Assembly (NCBI RefSeq): GCF_006345805.1
Contig: NC_043003.1
Location: forward strand, 52,452,001 to 52,516,000
Length of the DNA stretch: 64,000 nucleotides
Direction of reading: 5' to 3'
DNA from: Octopus sinensis
Lineage: Eukaryota
Below are positions 37,500 to 50,170 of the stretch, one piece after another. The notes under the pieces were generated by a model, which saw nothing but the letters and a program-made list of their open reading frames with translations, ran no database searches and was not told where the DNA came from. A program made the position numbers and the translations under genes. Position 1 is the stretch's first letter; every line of letters starts with the position of its first letter.

Positions 37500-40400
37500 T
37501 ATAATTTTAATCCAAACGGGAACAAAAAACAACAATGGAACAATTACAGTATATTATTAATAGGCGCTCAGGAAAAGGAAGCAGGAGGTATGACGTTTCG
37601 AGCGGAGCTCTTTGTCGGAAACATAAAGAAGGAAGAGAGAGAAAGAAAGATCCCAGAGCGGGCAACAGGGAAAGAGAAAAAAGACGACTGGTGTTTACGA
37701 GTTGCACATGGTGAAAGGCGGATGTTTACGAAAACAGAGCAAAGTGGGTTTTTAAAGGCAAAAAAGTGGAGACAAGGTTGGTAACGCAACAGATGTGTGT
37801 GTATGTGTGAGTGTGTGCGTGTGCGTGTGTGTATGTGTGTGTGTGAGGCGAGATGAAAAAACAAAAAGATATATGTGTGTGTTAGTGTGTGCGTCTGTGT
37901 GTAGGCGTGTGAGGTAGGGCGAGATAGTGGTCAGCTTAGCAGAGACAAAGGTCAGTAGTAAGAAAAAGAAGGAAGGAGGAAGGGAGGGAGGGGAAGGGGT
38001 GGGGGCGTATGTAGCGTGCCAGCGTTTGTTGAGTAGTAGTGTGTGGTGTGTCCAGTGTCGTGGTGGTATAAATGGCGAGTAGATTGAATGTGTGTAAGAG
38101 TAATGTATATATTTAAGCAATGTGTGTATATGTGTGCGCCTGTGTGTAACGAAAAGGGGGGGGGGTTGGAAAAAGGACTCCAGCTGAGGGGAAGATGGAA
38201 GAGTGGTCCCGCGGAGGCGGGCGTGGGAAACCCAACGACACGCGACGGTCCCAGGAACGGGCGGGAGGTCTTGTCGGTTCCAAGAGCGAGGTGCCTGCGG
38301 AGCGTATGCGTACGCGACCCGCGCAAGCGCGTGCGTGCGCGAGCCTGCGAGTATGTGCGTAAGTATGTATGTGTGTGGATGTGTGAGTGTGTCTGTGTGT
38401 ATGTCCGGGTGGCAGTGTGTCCGATGAATGTATGTGAGTATGTGTGTATGTATGTGTGTGCATAGATGTATGTCCGTGTGTGTGTGTGTGTGTGTATGTG
38501 TGTGAGTGTGTATGTATGTACGTGTGGGTGTGGGGAAGTGTGTGTATGTGCATGTGTGTGCGTGTACATACAGGTGTGTGAGTGAGTGTGTGTGTGTGTA
38601 TGTATGTGTGAGTGTGTATGTATGTGTGTGTGTATGTATGTGTGAGTGTGTATGTATGTGTGTGTAGGATGCATGTATGTGTATGGGTGTATGTATGCGT
38701 GTGTGTATGTATGTATGTGTACGTGCGTGTGTGTGTGTGCATGTGTGTGGGTATATATTATGTGCGTATATGTGTGGTGTGTGTGCGTACATGTGTGTGT
38801 GTGTATGCATGTGTCTGTATGTAGGTGTGTGGCGTGTGTGTATAGTGTATGTATGTAAGTATGTATGGGTGTGTCCGTGTATGTGTGTGTATGTATGTGT
38901 GTGTATGTAGGTGTGTGGGCGTGTGTATATAGGTGTATGTGTGTGTGTATGTTTGTGTGAGTGTGTATGTGTGTATGTCTGTGTGTATGTATGTGCGTAT
39001 AGGAGTATGTGGGTATGTGTGTGTGTATGTATATGGGTGTATGTATGTATGTGTGTGTGTGTGCATGTGTATAAGTATATGTGTGTGTGCGTATGTGTGT
39101 ATATGTGTATGTGTGTGTGTGTTTATGTATGTGTGTATGTATGTGTGTAGGCGGTGTGTGTAGATGTATGTATGGGTGTGTGGTCCGTGTGTGTTTGTGT
39201 GTGTGTGTAGGTAGATGTGTTGTCTGAGTGAGGGTATGGCTGTGTAGGTGTGTGTGTGTATGAATGTAAGTGTGTGTGTATACAAGTGTAATGTATGTAT
39301 GTAGGTGTGTGTGTGTGTGTATGTGTACGTGTGCGTGTGTATGTGTGTGTGTGTATGCGTGTGAGTGTGAGTGTATGGGTGTATGTCTGTGTGTGTATGT
39401 CTGAAGTAGGTATGTATGTGTATGTATGTACGTGTGTGTGTGTGTGTGCAGGTATGTGTGTGTATGTGTGTGTGTGAGTAGTGTGCGTGTATGTATGTGG
39501 GTAGGGATGCATGCGAGTGTGTGGGTATGTATGCATACATACGCACGCACATCCGAAGCAAGCCCCACACACCGAAGCGCGCCCACGCACACAACGCACA
39601 AGCAGTACAACGCAAGCCCAAGGGGCCGACCAAGCCCCCAGCGCGCGCCAAGGCGCGCGAGCGCAAAGGCCCTTGAACGCCCCGCTACGCGGGAACCGAG
39701 GATCCATCAGCCAAAAACCGGAAAGCAGAAAAGAGGGGGGGCTGCCTGGATGCAAAAAGGTGTATGTGTGTGTGCATTCAGTGTAAGGGTGTGCATGTGT
39801 AGGTATGTATGTATGTATGTGCCTACATGTATGTTTGCATGTGTGTTGTGTGAAGTATGTACGTCGTGGTGTGTGTGTGAGTGTGTGTGTATGTATGTGC
39901 GTATGTATGTGTGTGTGTATGTGTGTATGTATATGTGTGTGCGTATGTATGTATGTGTGTGTGTATGTGCATGTTGGTTTGTATGTTAGTGTGTGTTAGT
40001 ATGTCTGTAAGTGTGTGTGATTAAATGTGTGAATGTATGTACGTAGATGGGTCTACGTATGTGTGTGTGTGAACAGGCGTGTGGGAGGTAGGTGGGTGGG
40101 TGGGTGTGGGAGGTAGGTGGGTGGGTTGTGTGTGAGTGGTGTGTCCACAAAAACAAAAAAAAACGGATCTCAAGAGGAGGGGGCTGTGTTAAGTCCGTGT
40201 GGGGTGGTAGTTTGTAGGGTGAAGATGTAGCGTTGCTCCAAGTGAGCCTGGAAAGTGGGCGACCATGGTGGGGGCGCAGACCAAACACTGAGATGTCATC
40301 TAGGGAATGGCCGGCCGAGCGGAAGTGGCGTGCGACGGGAGAAAGAAGTGTAGGCGAACGTCCCTCAAGTGTTCAGTGAAACGGTCGGACAACCGGCGTC

Positions 40401-41270
40401 CCGTCTGTCCTACATACAGCATCCCGCATAGGTTGCATTTAATGCAGTAAATAAGGCCAGACGAGGTGCACGTAAAAGAGTGCCTAATGCGTACAGTGTG
40501 CAGGTTGGAGCCGTGTGACGCGGTGGTGTTGGTGATGAAGGGGCAAGTGTTGCAACGGGATCTAGAGCAAGGGAATGATCCGTGTGGGGCTGAGGGGGAA
40601 GGAGAGAGGGTGCTGTGGACCAGGAGGTCACGCAGATTGCGGGCTCGTTTGAAAGAGGACAGGGGTAGGTTAGGGAAAATGGGGCGGGTGGTGGGATCAA
40701 GCTGGAGGCGACGGAAGGCACGTAGTATCTTGCGACGAAGGGGTAGGGTAGAGGGGTGGAAAATGAGGGGGAAGGGGGTGCGGTTGGGGGGTGGGCGGGA
40801 AGGAGACAGGGCGGTAGTGCGGTCGATGCGACGGGCGCGGGTGAGGGCATCAGAGAGAGTATGGGTGGGTAACCTCGGAGTCTGAACATGCGGGCCAGGT
40901 ATTGAGATTGGGTCTCGAAATCCTGGTCGCGGCTGCACAAACGTCGGAGGCGGAGGAACTGGGAGTAGGGGATGGCTCGTTTGGTGTGGAAGGGGTGGGA
41001 GGAAGAGAAGTTGAGATAGAGGTGGGAATCCGTAGGTTAAAAAAGGCGGTGGTGGTGGAGAGAGCTGGAGGGGTGATCGATGCGGAGAGAGATGTCAAGG
41101 AAGTTGACAGAGGTGTTGGAGATGGTGGAGGTGAATTGAAGAGAGGGTGAAAGTTGGAAAGGAAAGAGATGAATTGGCAGAGAGATTCGCGGGAAAGGGA
41201 GGTGGCACCTACGCAGTCGTCGATATAGCGACCGTATAGTTCGGGGGTCGGCCCAGAGAACTGGGAGAAC
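37500..41270 (-). mobile_element. Penelope-like element: 5'-truncated RT + GIY-YIG ORF (41270-40170), microsatellite-rich 3' region and terminal pseudo-LTR
   Basis: YGRYIDDC (RT); FTCTSSGLIYCIKCNLCGMLYVGQTGRRLSDRFTEH and LEQRYIFTLQTTTPHGLN (GIY-YIG), across single-base frameshifts. 37500-37700 is homologous to 23470-23680. Linking the tail to the ORF as one element is inference. Confidence 0.8.
37790..40140. repeat. Complex (TG)n/(TATG)n microsatellite with two GC-rich islands (38130-38350, 39540-39760)
   Basis: Seen directly; accounts for all His/Thr-rich and Val/Cys-rich track ORFs here. Confidence 0.95.
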
Positions 41271-41419
41271 ACATATATATAAATATAATATATAATATAT
41301 ATATTAATATATATATGTATGTATATGTATGTATATATATATATATATATATATATTATATTTATATAAATATAAATATATATAAATGTATATATATATA
41401 TATATATATGTGAATTCAC

Positions 41420-41481
<62 letters not shown>

Positions 41482-41496
41482 ATTAAATATATATAA

Positions 41497-41539
<43 letters not shown>

Positions 41540-41650
41540 AATATAAATATATAAATGTATATATATATTATATATATATAATATATATATATATATAATA
41601 TATATATATTTATATATATATTTATTATATTTATATAAATATATATATAT
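41270..41650. repeat. ~380-bp nearly pure (TA)n/AT microsatellite block
   Basis: Seen directly; contains a recurring sub-unit tatataaatataaatatatataaatgtata. Confidence 0.95.
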
Positions 41651-43052
41651 TAACTTCTTCAGTTCTATGTTATTTGACTAAACACAATAAGGTGAATGTC
41701 AGTAGTAATTAGAACAAACTTTAGGTTGAGAACAAATTGGATGGCACAAAATCTTCCTCTGCACTTTATTCATAATCATTTTAATTACTATTGTAACTAC
41801 AAGATACACAAAGTGATATAATTTTGTGCAGCTGCAGGGGTATTGAGTCAGTCATTTAATCATTTGTTGCTTCTTAGTTACGAGCCCAATCCTCTCTATT
41901 TCAACAACTTCTGTTGCTAATTACTCTAATAAAAATAAGACTGACAATTATACAGAAGTGTATATCAAAGTTGAAAGCCTTTTATAATTTAGTTTTATAA
42001 AATATTTATTTAACCCTTTAGTATTCAGATTATGCCCTGTCTCACTGTATCATTGCTATCTGCTAGTCCCAGATCTGTTCCTCTTTATCATTGCTATCTG
42101 GTAGCCCCTCCAACTCTATATATACCAAGGTTTTTGCCATTAACCATCCCACTGCACTATTTAATCACCTATATCTCTCATAACCATCCCATTTATATTC
42201 TGATTTCCGTCCTTTGTGAGTATGCCTGGTATTTTGCCACCATCTCTATCCAGCTGTCTCTTACTCTCTCACTCTCCTTCTCTTGCACTTCCTTCAGGTT
42301 GGGTAACCATGTATTGCCTTTGTGGCAGCACACCTGTTTCTGTCTTCATTCATGATCTCTCTCTCTCCGGCTGGGTTACCTTGTACCTCCTCTACAGCAA
42401 GACACCTGTTTCTGTCTCTCTGTCTCACTTATAACCATTCATCATCCGACACAAGATCACCTCCTCCAATGACCCCCTCCCCTTTTGAACGTTTTTTTTT
42501 CATCTTGCAAGTACTTGGTGACGCTGTCAGTGCGGGTGCCACTTAAAAGCACCCAGTCCACACTGTAAAGTGGTTGGTGTTCGGAAGGGCATCCAGCTTT
42601 AAAAACCTTGTCAAAACTGACCTCACCTGTGCTTGTGCCATGTAAAAAACACTAAATCCACTCTGCTGGGTGGTTGGTGTTAGGAAGGGCACCCTGCTGT
42701 AAAAATCCTGCCAAAAGGGTTATAGAAGTTTGGCACAGACTTCTGCCTGGCCAGCTCTTGTCAAACTATGTCAGCATAGAAAGGGGACGTTAAACAATGA
42801 TGATGATGATACATACGTAAATATATTCTCTTTACTCTTTTACTTGCTTCAGTCATTTGACTGTGGCTATGCTGGAGCACCACCTTTAGTTGATCAAATC
42901 GACTGCAGGACTTATTCTTTATAAGCCTAGTACTTATTCTATCAGTCTTTTTTGCCAAACTGCTAAGTTACAGGAATGTAAACACACCAGCATCGGTTGT
43001 CAAGCGATGTTGGGGGAACAAACATGGACACACAAACATACATATATATATA

Positions 43053-43888
43053 TATATGTATAGAAATTAAATATAAATTACAAAATGGGACAAGAACGCA
43101 AAAACACACAAAGAGACGACACAAAAAAACAGACGGGTCATTCGAAGCCTCTAATCTTCAGTCGGGAACCGGATCATCTTAGCAATTTCGGCTGATTAAT
43201 CCTGATATCGCTCCGATACGGCCAGCCCTAAAGAAAAACTAAGCTACAGGCATTAGATTTCTTGGAAAGAGGATCGAATGTATACGAAACAAGGACAGGA
43301 TGCCACACAAATATAAATACAAGAAACCAAAAAATAGAAATTAAAAACAAGAATAGTAATAACAGGACAAAACAGCGGGTGTCTTACGACTTCAGACAAT
43401 TTTTAACTTATCTTGGCTGGCGTATTTGTAAAATGCCTTTGCGGCAAACGAAGACAACAGTGTTAACATGGCAGCGGTCAAGCCGGAAAGACCAGTTTGA
43501 AGGCAGTCATGTGAGAGGACGGAAGAGAGAGAAAGAAAAGCAGGGGGCAAGGAATCAAAGAGAGAGAGAAAGAAAGGGACGAAGGCACCAAGGGGGAGAG
43601 AGAGAGAAGGAAGGAATTAAAGAGGGGAGAAGAAACAGGATTGGCTTAGCAATAGAAATAATGGTGCAAAGTAAGAAAGACGGAGAAATGTGATAGAGTG
43701 GGGGAAGAATCAGAGGCAAGGAAAGAGAAAGACACAGACTATAGAGAAAGTGTGTGTAAAGACGTCGTACAAGGTGGAATGTGCATACATAGGAGATAGG
43801 GGTACGTTACGCCGCAATAATATATGTATAGAAATTAAATATAAATTACAAAATGGGACAAGAACGCAAAAACACACAAAGAGACGAC
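43053..43888 (-). mobile_element. Non-autonomous Penelope-related unit bounded by identical 68-bp direct repeats, inserted in the (TA)n of a SINE
   Basis: 43053-43120 is identical to 43821-43888 (period 768). The host SINE is interrupted at its TA tract and resumes at acgacgggcttctttcag. The Penelope relationship is inferred from degenerate CTGAAGA motifs. Confidence 0.7.
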
Positions 43889-44127
43889 GGGCTTCTTTCA
43901 GATTCTGTGTGCCAAATCCACTCACAAGGCTTTGGTCGACCTAAGGCTATAGTAGAAGACACTTGCCCAAGGTACCATGCAGTGGGACTGAACCCGGAAC
44001 CATGTGGTTCGTAAGCAAGCTACTTATCACACAGCCACTCTATGCCTATACATACAATTAAAACATAAGTAACAAAAGTTTCTAACATACCTATATATCT
44101 ATATAAAATTATCACTGTGAATCCTAC

Positions 44128-44239
44128 CTTTCTTGGAGAATATATTTCTGAAAGTTTGCTTGCATCTATCTTCAGACAGTCAAAGTGAGATGATCGAGTC
44201 ACAGACAAGTGGACAGATGTAGTTTTCAGGGATTGAAAT
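44128..44239 (-). CDS. BRCA2: BRCA2 exon, end of OB2 / OB2-OB3 linker; 112 nt, phase 2/0
   Basis: Acceptor caatttacag|A; donor AAG|gtagga. FQSLKTTSVHLSVTRSSHFDCLKIDASKLSEIYSPRK aligns to human [29 protein letters not shown]. Lies inside track ORF 44020-44268. Confidence 0.92.
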
Positions 44240-45204
44240 CTGTAAATTGTCAGGGAAAGCAAGATCATTTATCAAAAGAAATTTGTATAGGAATGGAAAA
44301 GGAATATTTTGTTTATTGACACTCAAGAAATACAAGAACATTCTTGTATCTTATGTTTTACTGTTATTGTTCTTTATTACTTGATGTGAATTAACTCTGC
44401 TCAAGTAGTTCTTCAATGAATACTTGGAAGTACAATATATCATAAATACCAATGGCGGTGAGCTGGCAAAATCGTTAGCACGCCGGGCGTAATGCTAAGC
44501 GGTATTTTGTCTGCCGTTCTGTTCTGAATCCAAATTCCACTAAGGTCAACTTTGCCTTTCATCCTTAAGAGGGTTGATTAAGTAAGTACCAGTTATGCAC
44601 CGGGGTTGATGTAATTGACTTAATTCCTTTGTCTGTCCTTGTTTGTTCTCTCTATGTTTAGCCCATTGTGGGCAACAAAGAAATAAATATATCATATATA
44701 CAATGTTTTTATGTCTGCTGCCATGTTTTCATGTGATAGTTCATTATAGATTCAAGATCACCAAAAATACCTTTTTCCATCATGTATTCATTTATTTAGT
44801 TATTTTTCACTTGTCTCAGTCATTGGACTGTGCCCATGCTGGGGCACTGCTTTGAAGTGTTTTAGTTAAACAAACCAATCCCAGTATTTATTTTCTTTAA
44901 ACGTGATACTTATTCTATTAATCTCTTATGCCAAACTACTAAATTACAGGGATGTAAGCAAACCAATACTGGTTTCACGTGATGGTGGGGGACAAAGATA
45001 CAAACACACACACGATGGGCTTCTTTCAGTTTCCATTCATCGAATCCACTTAAGAGGCTTTCGTTGGTCTGGGGCTATAGTAGAAGACACTTGACTAAGG
45101 TGCCATGCAGTGGGACTGAACCTGGAATCATGTGGTTGGGAAGTAAGCTTCTTACCAAACAGCCATGTCTGCAACAACTATTTACAACAAAAAATGCGCT
45201 GAAA

Positions 45205-45775
45205 ATGGAGTGGTTGAAAATGATACAGAACACCTAGAAAACTATAAATAATAATTGATAATGTTGATATAAAACTTGTGGATGAGATAGGAGAAACCTG
45301 TTTGAGTACTGGTCAACATAAAGTGAATACTATAAAATATGGTTGGAAATTGGTTGAAAATGATCCAAAACATCAAGAGAAACTATAAATAATGATTAAT
45401 ATGGTTGACATAAAACTTGTAGATGAGATAGGAGAGATCTGTCTAAGTAATTGTCAACATAAAGTGAATACCATAAAATTTGATGGTTGGAAAGTGGTTG
45501 AAAATGATCCAAAAACATATAGAAAAATTATAAATAATGATCAATAATGTTGATATAAAACTTGTGGATGAGATAGGAGAAGCCTGTTTGAGTAATGATC
45601 ACCATAAAGTGAATACCATAAAATTTGATGGTTAGAAAGTGGTTGGATATGATCCAAAAACATCTAGGAAAATCATAAATAATGATCAATAATGTTGACA
45701 TAAAACTTGTGGATGAGAAAGGAGAAATCTGTTTAAGCAATGGTCACCTTAAAGTAAATACCATAAAATTAAAGT
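45205..45775. repeat. Tandem array of ~140-145-bp units, about 4 copies
   Basis: tggttgaaaatgat-like anchor recurs at 45211, 45351, 45495, 45640; the units share ataaaacttgtggatgagataggaga. Confidence 0.9.
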
Positions 45776-45789
45776 GAATACCATAAAAT

Positions 45790-46135
45790 CATTCCCTGCT
45801 TAAAGGATTTCCAAGGATGCAAGTAGGGGATAAAAATAATTCATTTTAAGAGTTGGAGAATGAAAAAGACTTGGTTTTTGCACCAGAGGCATCAATATGA
45901 GATGAGTGTGAGAGCCAAGAAGAGTTGTGAGTGTGAAAGTCATCAAGAATGATAACTTCATTGATGTACGAAGTGAGGTATATGTCATCGATACCGGAAT
46001 AAATATGGTCTAAGATTTGTTAGTAGTAGCTGGAAGAATGTGGAGAGTAGTAGGAGAGGAACAGAAAGGGACTTTGAGGCCAAGTAGCTGGAAGTCTTTG
46101 ATGCTGATATCCAGATAAGACGAGTAGTGAAAAAT
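45790..46135 (-). mobile_element. APE-endonuclease fragment of an old LINE
   Basis: Minus strand reads VIILDDFHTHNSSWLSHSSHIDASG, resembling the GDFNAH..W motif. Confidence 0.6.
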
Positions 46136-48659
46136 TGGAATTAACATATTCTTTCATTCATTTCAGTCATTTGACTGAGGCCATGCTGGAGCACAACCTT
46201 TAGTCGAACAAATCGACCCCAGGACTTATTCTTTGCAAGCCTAGTACTTATTCTATTGGTCTCTTTTGCCGAACTACTAAGTTACAGGGACACAAACACA
46301 CCAGCATTGGTTGTCAAGCAATGTTGGGGGTACAAACACAGACACACAAACACATACATATATATATATGATGGGCTTCTTTCAGTTTCCATCTACCAAA
46401 TCCATTCACAAGGCTTTGGTCAGCCTGAGGCTATAGTAGAAGATACTTGCCCACGGTGCCACACAGTGGGACTGAACCCGGAACTATGTGGTTAGTAAGC
46501 AAGCTACTTACCACACAGCCACTCCTGTGCCTATGTGTGAAGTTTGAAAATCGAGAATAGCTTGGATTATCAATTAAGAGCCAAAGATTTAAGATTAGGA
46601 AAAGAATAGGATGTGTTGTCTGTATGTTAGTAAGAGGTGAGATGTATCTAGTTTAGATTGGACTGGATTGGGGTATATGAATAGTAGAAAAGATGGAAAA
46701 TGTAGCAGTTCTTATATTAATTTTTGACATCAAGTGAAGTGTAGGGCATCCCTATTCAGTGTGAAGCCAGAGTATTCCCGCCTGTTGTGGGCCTGGTCCA
46801 AATGCTTTTAAAAAGTGAAATATGTGTATATCATCATCAACATCATCATTTAATGTCTGTTTTCCATGCTGGTATGGGTTGGATCGTTTGACAGAAGTTG
46901 GCAAGTCAGAAGACTGTGCCAACTCTGCTGTCTAGTTTGGCATAGTTTCTATGGCTAGATGTCCTTCCGAATGCCAACCACTTTACAGAGTGTACTGGGT
47001 GCTTCTCATGTGGCACCAGAAGCAGAGGGGTCATCAAATAACTTACAAAACAAGACCCTTCAACAGAGTAGGGTGTAGTATTGAGGACTTTGAGTAGTAT
47101 TGAGGACTTTGAGTAGTATTGAGTGGCTTTGAGCTAGATGAGAGGTTAAAGTATAAATAGGAGAGAAATAGGTGTCTTGCAGTTGAGGAGATATATGGCT
47201 ACTTCTGTAGGAGAGAGAAGGAAGAATGAGGCTAGAGAAGGAGAAGTAGGGCAGAGAAAGCAGAAAGAGATGGTGAAGATGTGATGGAAGAGGGGTATAC
47301 AAGTTTCAGAGAGGTACTTGTAAGTGTGGACAGGGTGAGTGGGCAAGTTCACAAGGTATGTAGATATGCATGTCTACATATATCATCATCCATTAACATT
47401 AATTTTCCATGCTGGCATGGCTTGGTTGGTTTGACAAGATTTGGCAAGCCACAGGGCTGTTTCATGCTCCAATGTCACCTTTTGTGTGTGTGTGTGTGTG
47501 CGTGCGTGCATGCAAATTTAATATACACAGTTTTTAGAAGAGAACTACTAACAGTTTCATGCTTTAGAAATACAATAAATTGGCAGATTTATAGAACATA
47601 CGATGTACCTCAAAGCAATCTTTCAGGTTCAGTACATATTGTTAGATGTGCCGGTGGCACGTAAAAAGCATCATTCAAGCATGATTGTTACCAGCGTCAC
47701 CTTACTGGCACTTGTGCTGGTGGCATGTGAAAAAACATTCGAGTGAAGTCATTGCCAGTGCTGCTGGACTGGCTTCTGTGCAGGAGGCATGTAAAAAGCA
47801 CCATTTGAGCATGGCCGTTGCCAGTACTGCCTGACTGGCACTCGTGCTGGTGACACATAAAAGCACCCACTACACTCTCGGAGTGGTTGGCATTAGGAAG
47901 GGTATCCAGCTGTAGAAACTCTGCCAGATCAAGATTGGAGCCTGGTGCAGCAGTCTTCAGTTAAATCGTCCAACCCATGCTAGCATGGAAAGCGGATGTT
48001 AAACGATGATGATGATAATGATGATTTAAAAACAAGGGTGCTGGTCTATGAGAAAACACAAGAAAAAAACGAGGGAAAATGTGTAGAAGGTTGATGCAAA
48101 AAGTGAAATGAGAAGAAAAGGAAAGAAAAGTAAGAAAAGCAAGATTTTCGTCCTCTTCATTTGTAGAAATCATAATTAATGTAGCTGGTGTAGAATAATG
48201 TAACAGAGAGGAGGCCAACGTCTGTGAGACAGTTGCACAATCTGGAACAGGTGGTGTCTTCCAGTTCAACAAAAGAAGTGTGCAAGCATGTGGACAAGCA
48301 TGCATAAGTGGACATTAAAATGATGATGATTATGAACAATGATATATACAGATATATATGTAGAAGTCCCTTCATCAGTTTCAATGACGAGTTCCACTTG
48401 GCTGATGAACTGAGCTACTAACAATTAAATTATACTATAAATGGCTGAGTACTCCACAAACAATGTAAACTTCAGGCAGAACTAGTATTAGACAGTGAGA
48501 CAAGCCTGATCCTTTAAATTATTGATACAGTCCTTTCAATGGGCTAGTACATAGCTTCCATCCAGTTAATATCATTTACAAGACCATGGGTTACTATACT
48601 CATTGCAGTATAGCAAATCAAGGTCTTGTAAATGATATTAACTGGATAACGAGTATAGC

Positions 48660-50170
48660 GAAGAATTCTGGGTAGAAGTAGGGGATCACCAAGGATCAGT
48701 TCTCAGCCCCCTCTTGTTCATCATAGTTCTCCAGGTAATAATAGAGGAATTCAAGACAGGCTGCCCCTGGGAGCTCATCTATGTTGATGACCTTGCGCTA
48801 ATAGCTGAGTCACTATCAGAACTAGAGAAGAAGTTTCAGGTGTGGAAGCAAGGTCTAGAATCAAAGGGCTTTGAGTTAATCTAGCAAAAACCAAAGTCTT
48901 AATAAGTAGGAAGGTGGACACATCACAAATACCTTCAGGTAGATGGACCTGCTTGATCTGTAGAAAAGATGTCGGTAGAAACTCCTTAAGATGTACCCAG
49001 TGAAAGCTATGGACACATCAAAGGAAGGTTAACTGGAAAGATAGTTTTTGTGTGGAAGATGCAGTGCAACAAACACCAAAAATGTACAGGAAACAGATTC
49101 CATCACATGCCAGCAGGGAAAAACTAGAAGTAGTTGATTTCTTCTGTTTTCTAGGTGACCAAGTCAGTAGCGAGGATGGATGTTCTGAGAGTGTAGCTGC
49201 TAGAATAAGAATAGGCTGGGCAAAGTTCAGAGAGCTCCTACCTCTGCTGGTAACAAAGGGCCTTTTGCTCAGAGTGAAAGGTAGACTGTATGGTGCCTAT
49301 GTACGAACAGTCATGCTACATGGCAGTGAAACATGGGCTGTGACTGCTGAGGACATGCATAGGCTTCAAAGAAATGAAGCTAGTATGCTCCGCTGGATAC
49401 AACAGAGTGTAAGCACCCTGAGAGAAAAGTTGGACATAAGAAGCATCAGATGTGGTGTGCAGGAGAGACAACTGCACTGGTGTGGTCATGTGTTGCATAT
49501 GGATGAGGACAACTTTGTGAAAAAGTATCACACCCTAACATTGGAGGAAACCTGAGGAAGAGGTAGAATCAGGAAGACATGGAATGAGGTGGTGAAGCAT
49601 GACCTTCAAATATTGGGCCTCACAGAGGCAATGACAAGCGACTGAGACCTCTGGAGATATGATGTGCTTGAGAAGACCCAGCAAGCCAAGTGAAATCGTA
49701 GTCGTGGTTGATACCAGTGTCGCATAACTGGCTCATTTAAAAGCACCCTTCAATTGTTGGCCAATAAGACATGCTTGTGAAGACCTGTCAAACTGAGTGA
49801 AATTGCAGTCATAGCCAATGTCAGTGCCACCTGACTGGCACACGTGCTGGTGGCACGTAAAAAGCACCATTCAAGCATGGCTGATACCAGTGCCACCTGA
49901 CTGGCACTCGTGCTGAAGGCATGTAAAAAGCATCATTTGAGCATGGCCGATGCCAATGCCACCTGACTAGCTCCTGTGCTGGTGGCAGGTAAAAAGCACC
50001 TACCACACTCTTGGAGTGGTTGGTGTTAGGAAGGGCATCCAGCTGTAGAAACCATGCCAAATCAGATTGGAGCCTGGTGCAGCCTACTGACTTGTCAGTT
50101 CTCAGTGAAACCGTCCAACCCATGCTAGCATGGAAAGCAGATGTTAAACTAAGACGATGATGATGATGAT
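48660..50170 (+). mobile_element. 5'-truncated RTE-clade LINE running into its tandem-repeat 3' UTR and (GAT)n tail
   Basis: HQGSVLSPLLF, YVDDL, RIRIGWAKFRELLPLL, MLHGSETWA, RQLHWCGHVLHM; continues without a break through gtgccacc repeats to gatgatgatgat at ~50165. Confidence 0.9.

Noticed and set aside
38190-38300. Possible HDV-like ribozyme in the GC island
   Set aside because: Could not build a P1 helix or the nested double pseudoknot by hand; needs a covariance-model search.
37752-39989. Long His/Thr-rich and Val/Cys-rich ORFs (up to 552 aa)
   Set aside because: Translations of (CA)/(TG) microsatellite, which lacks stop codons.
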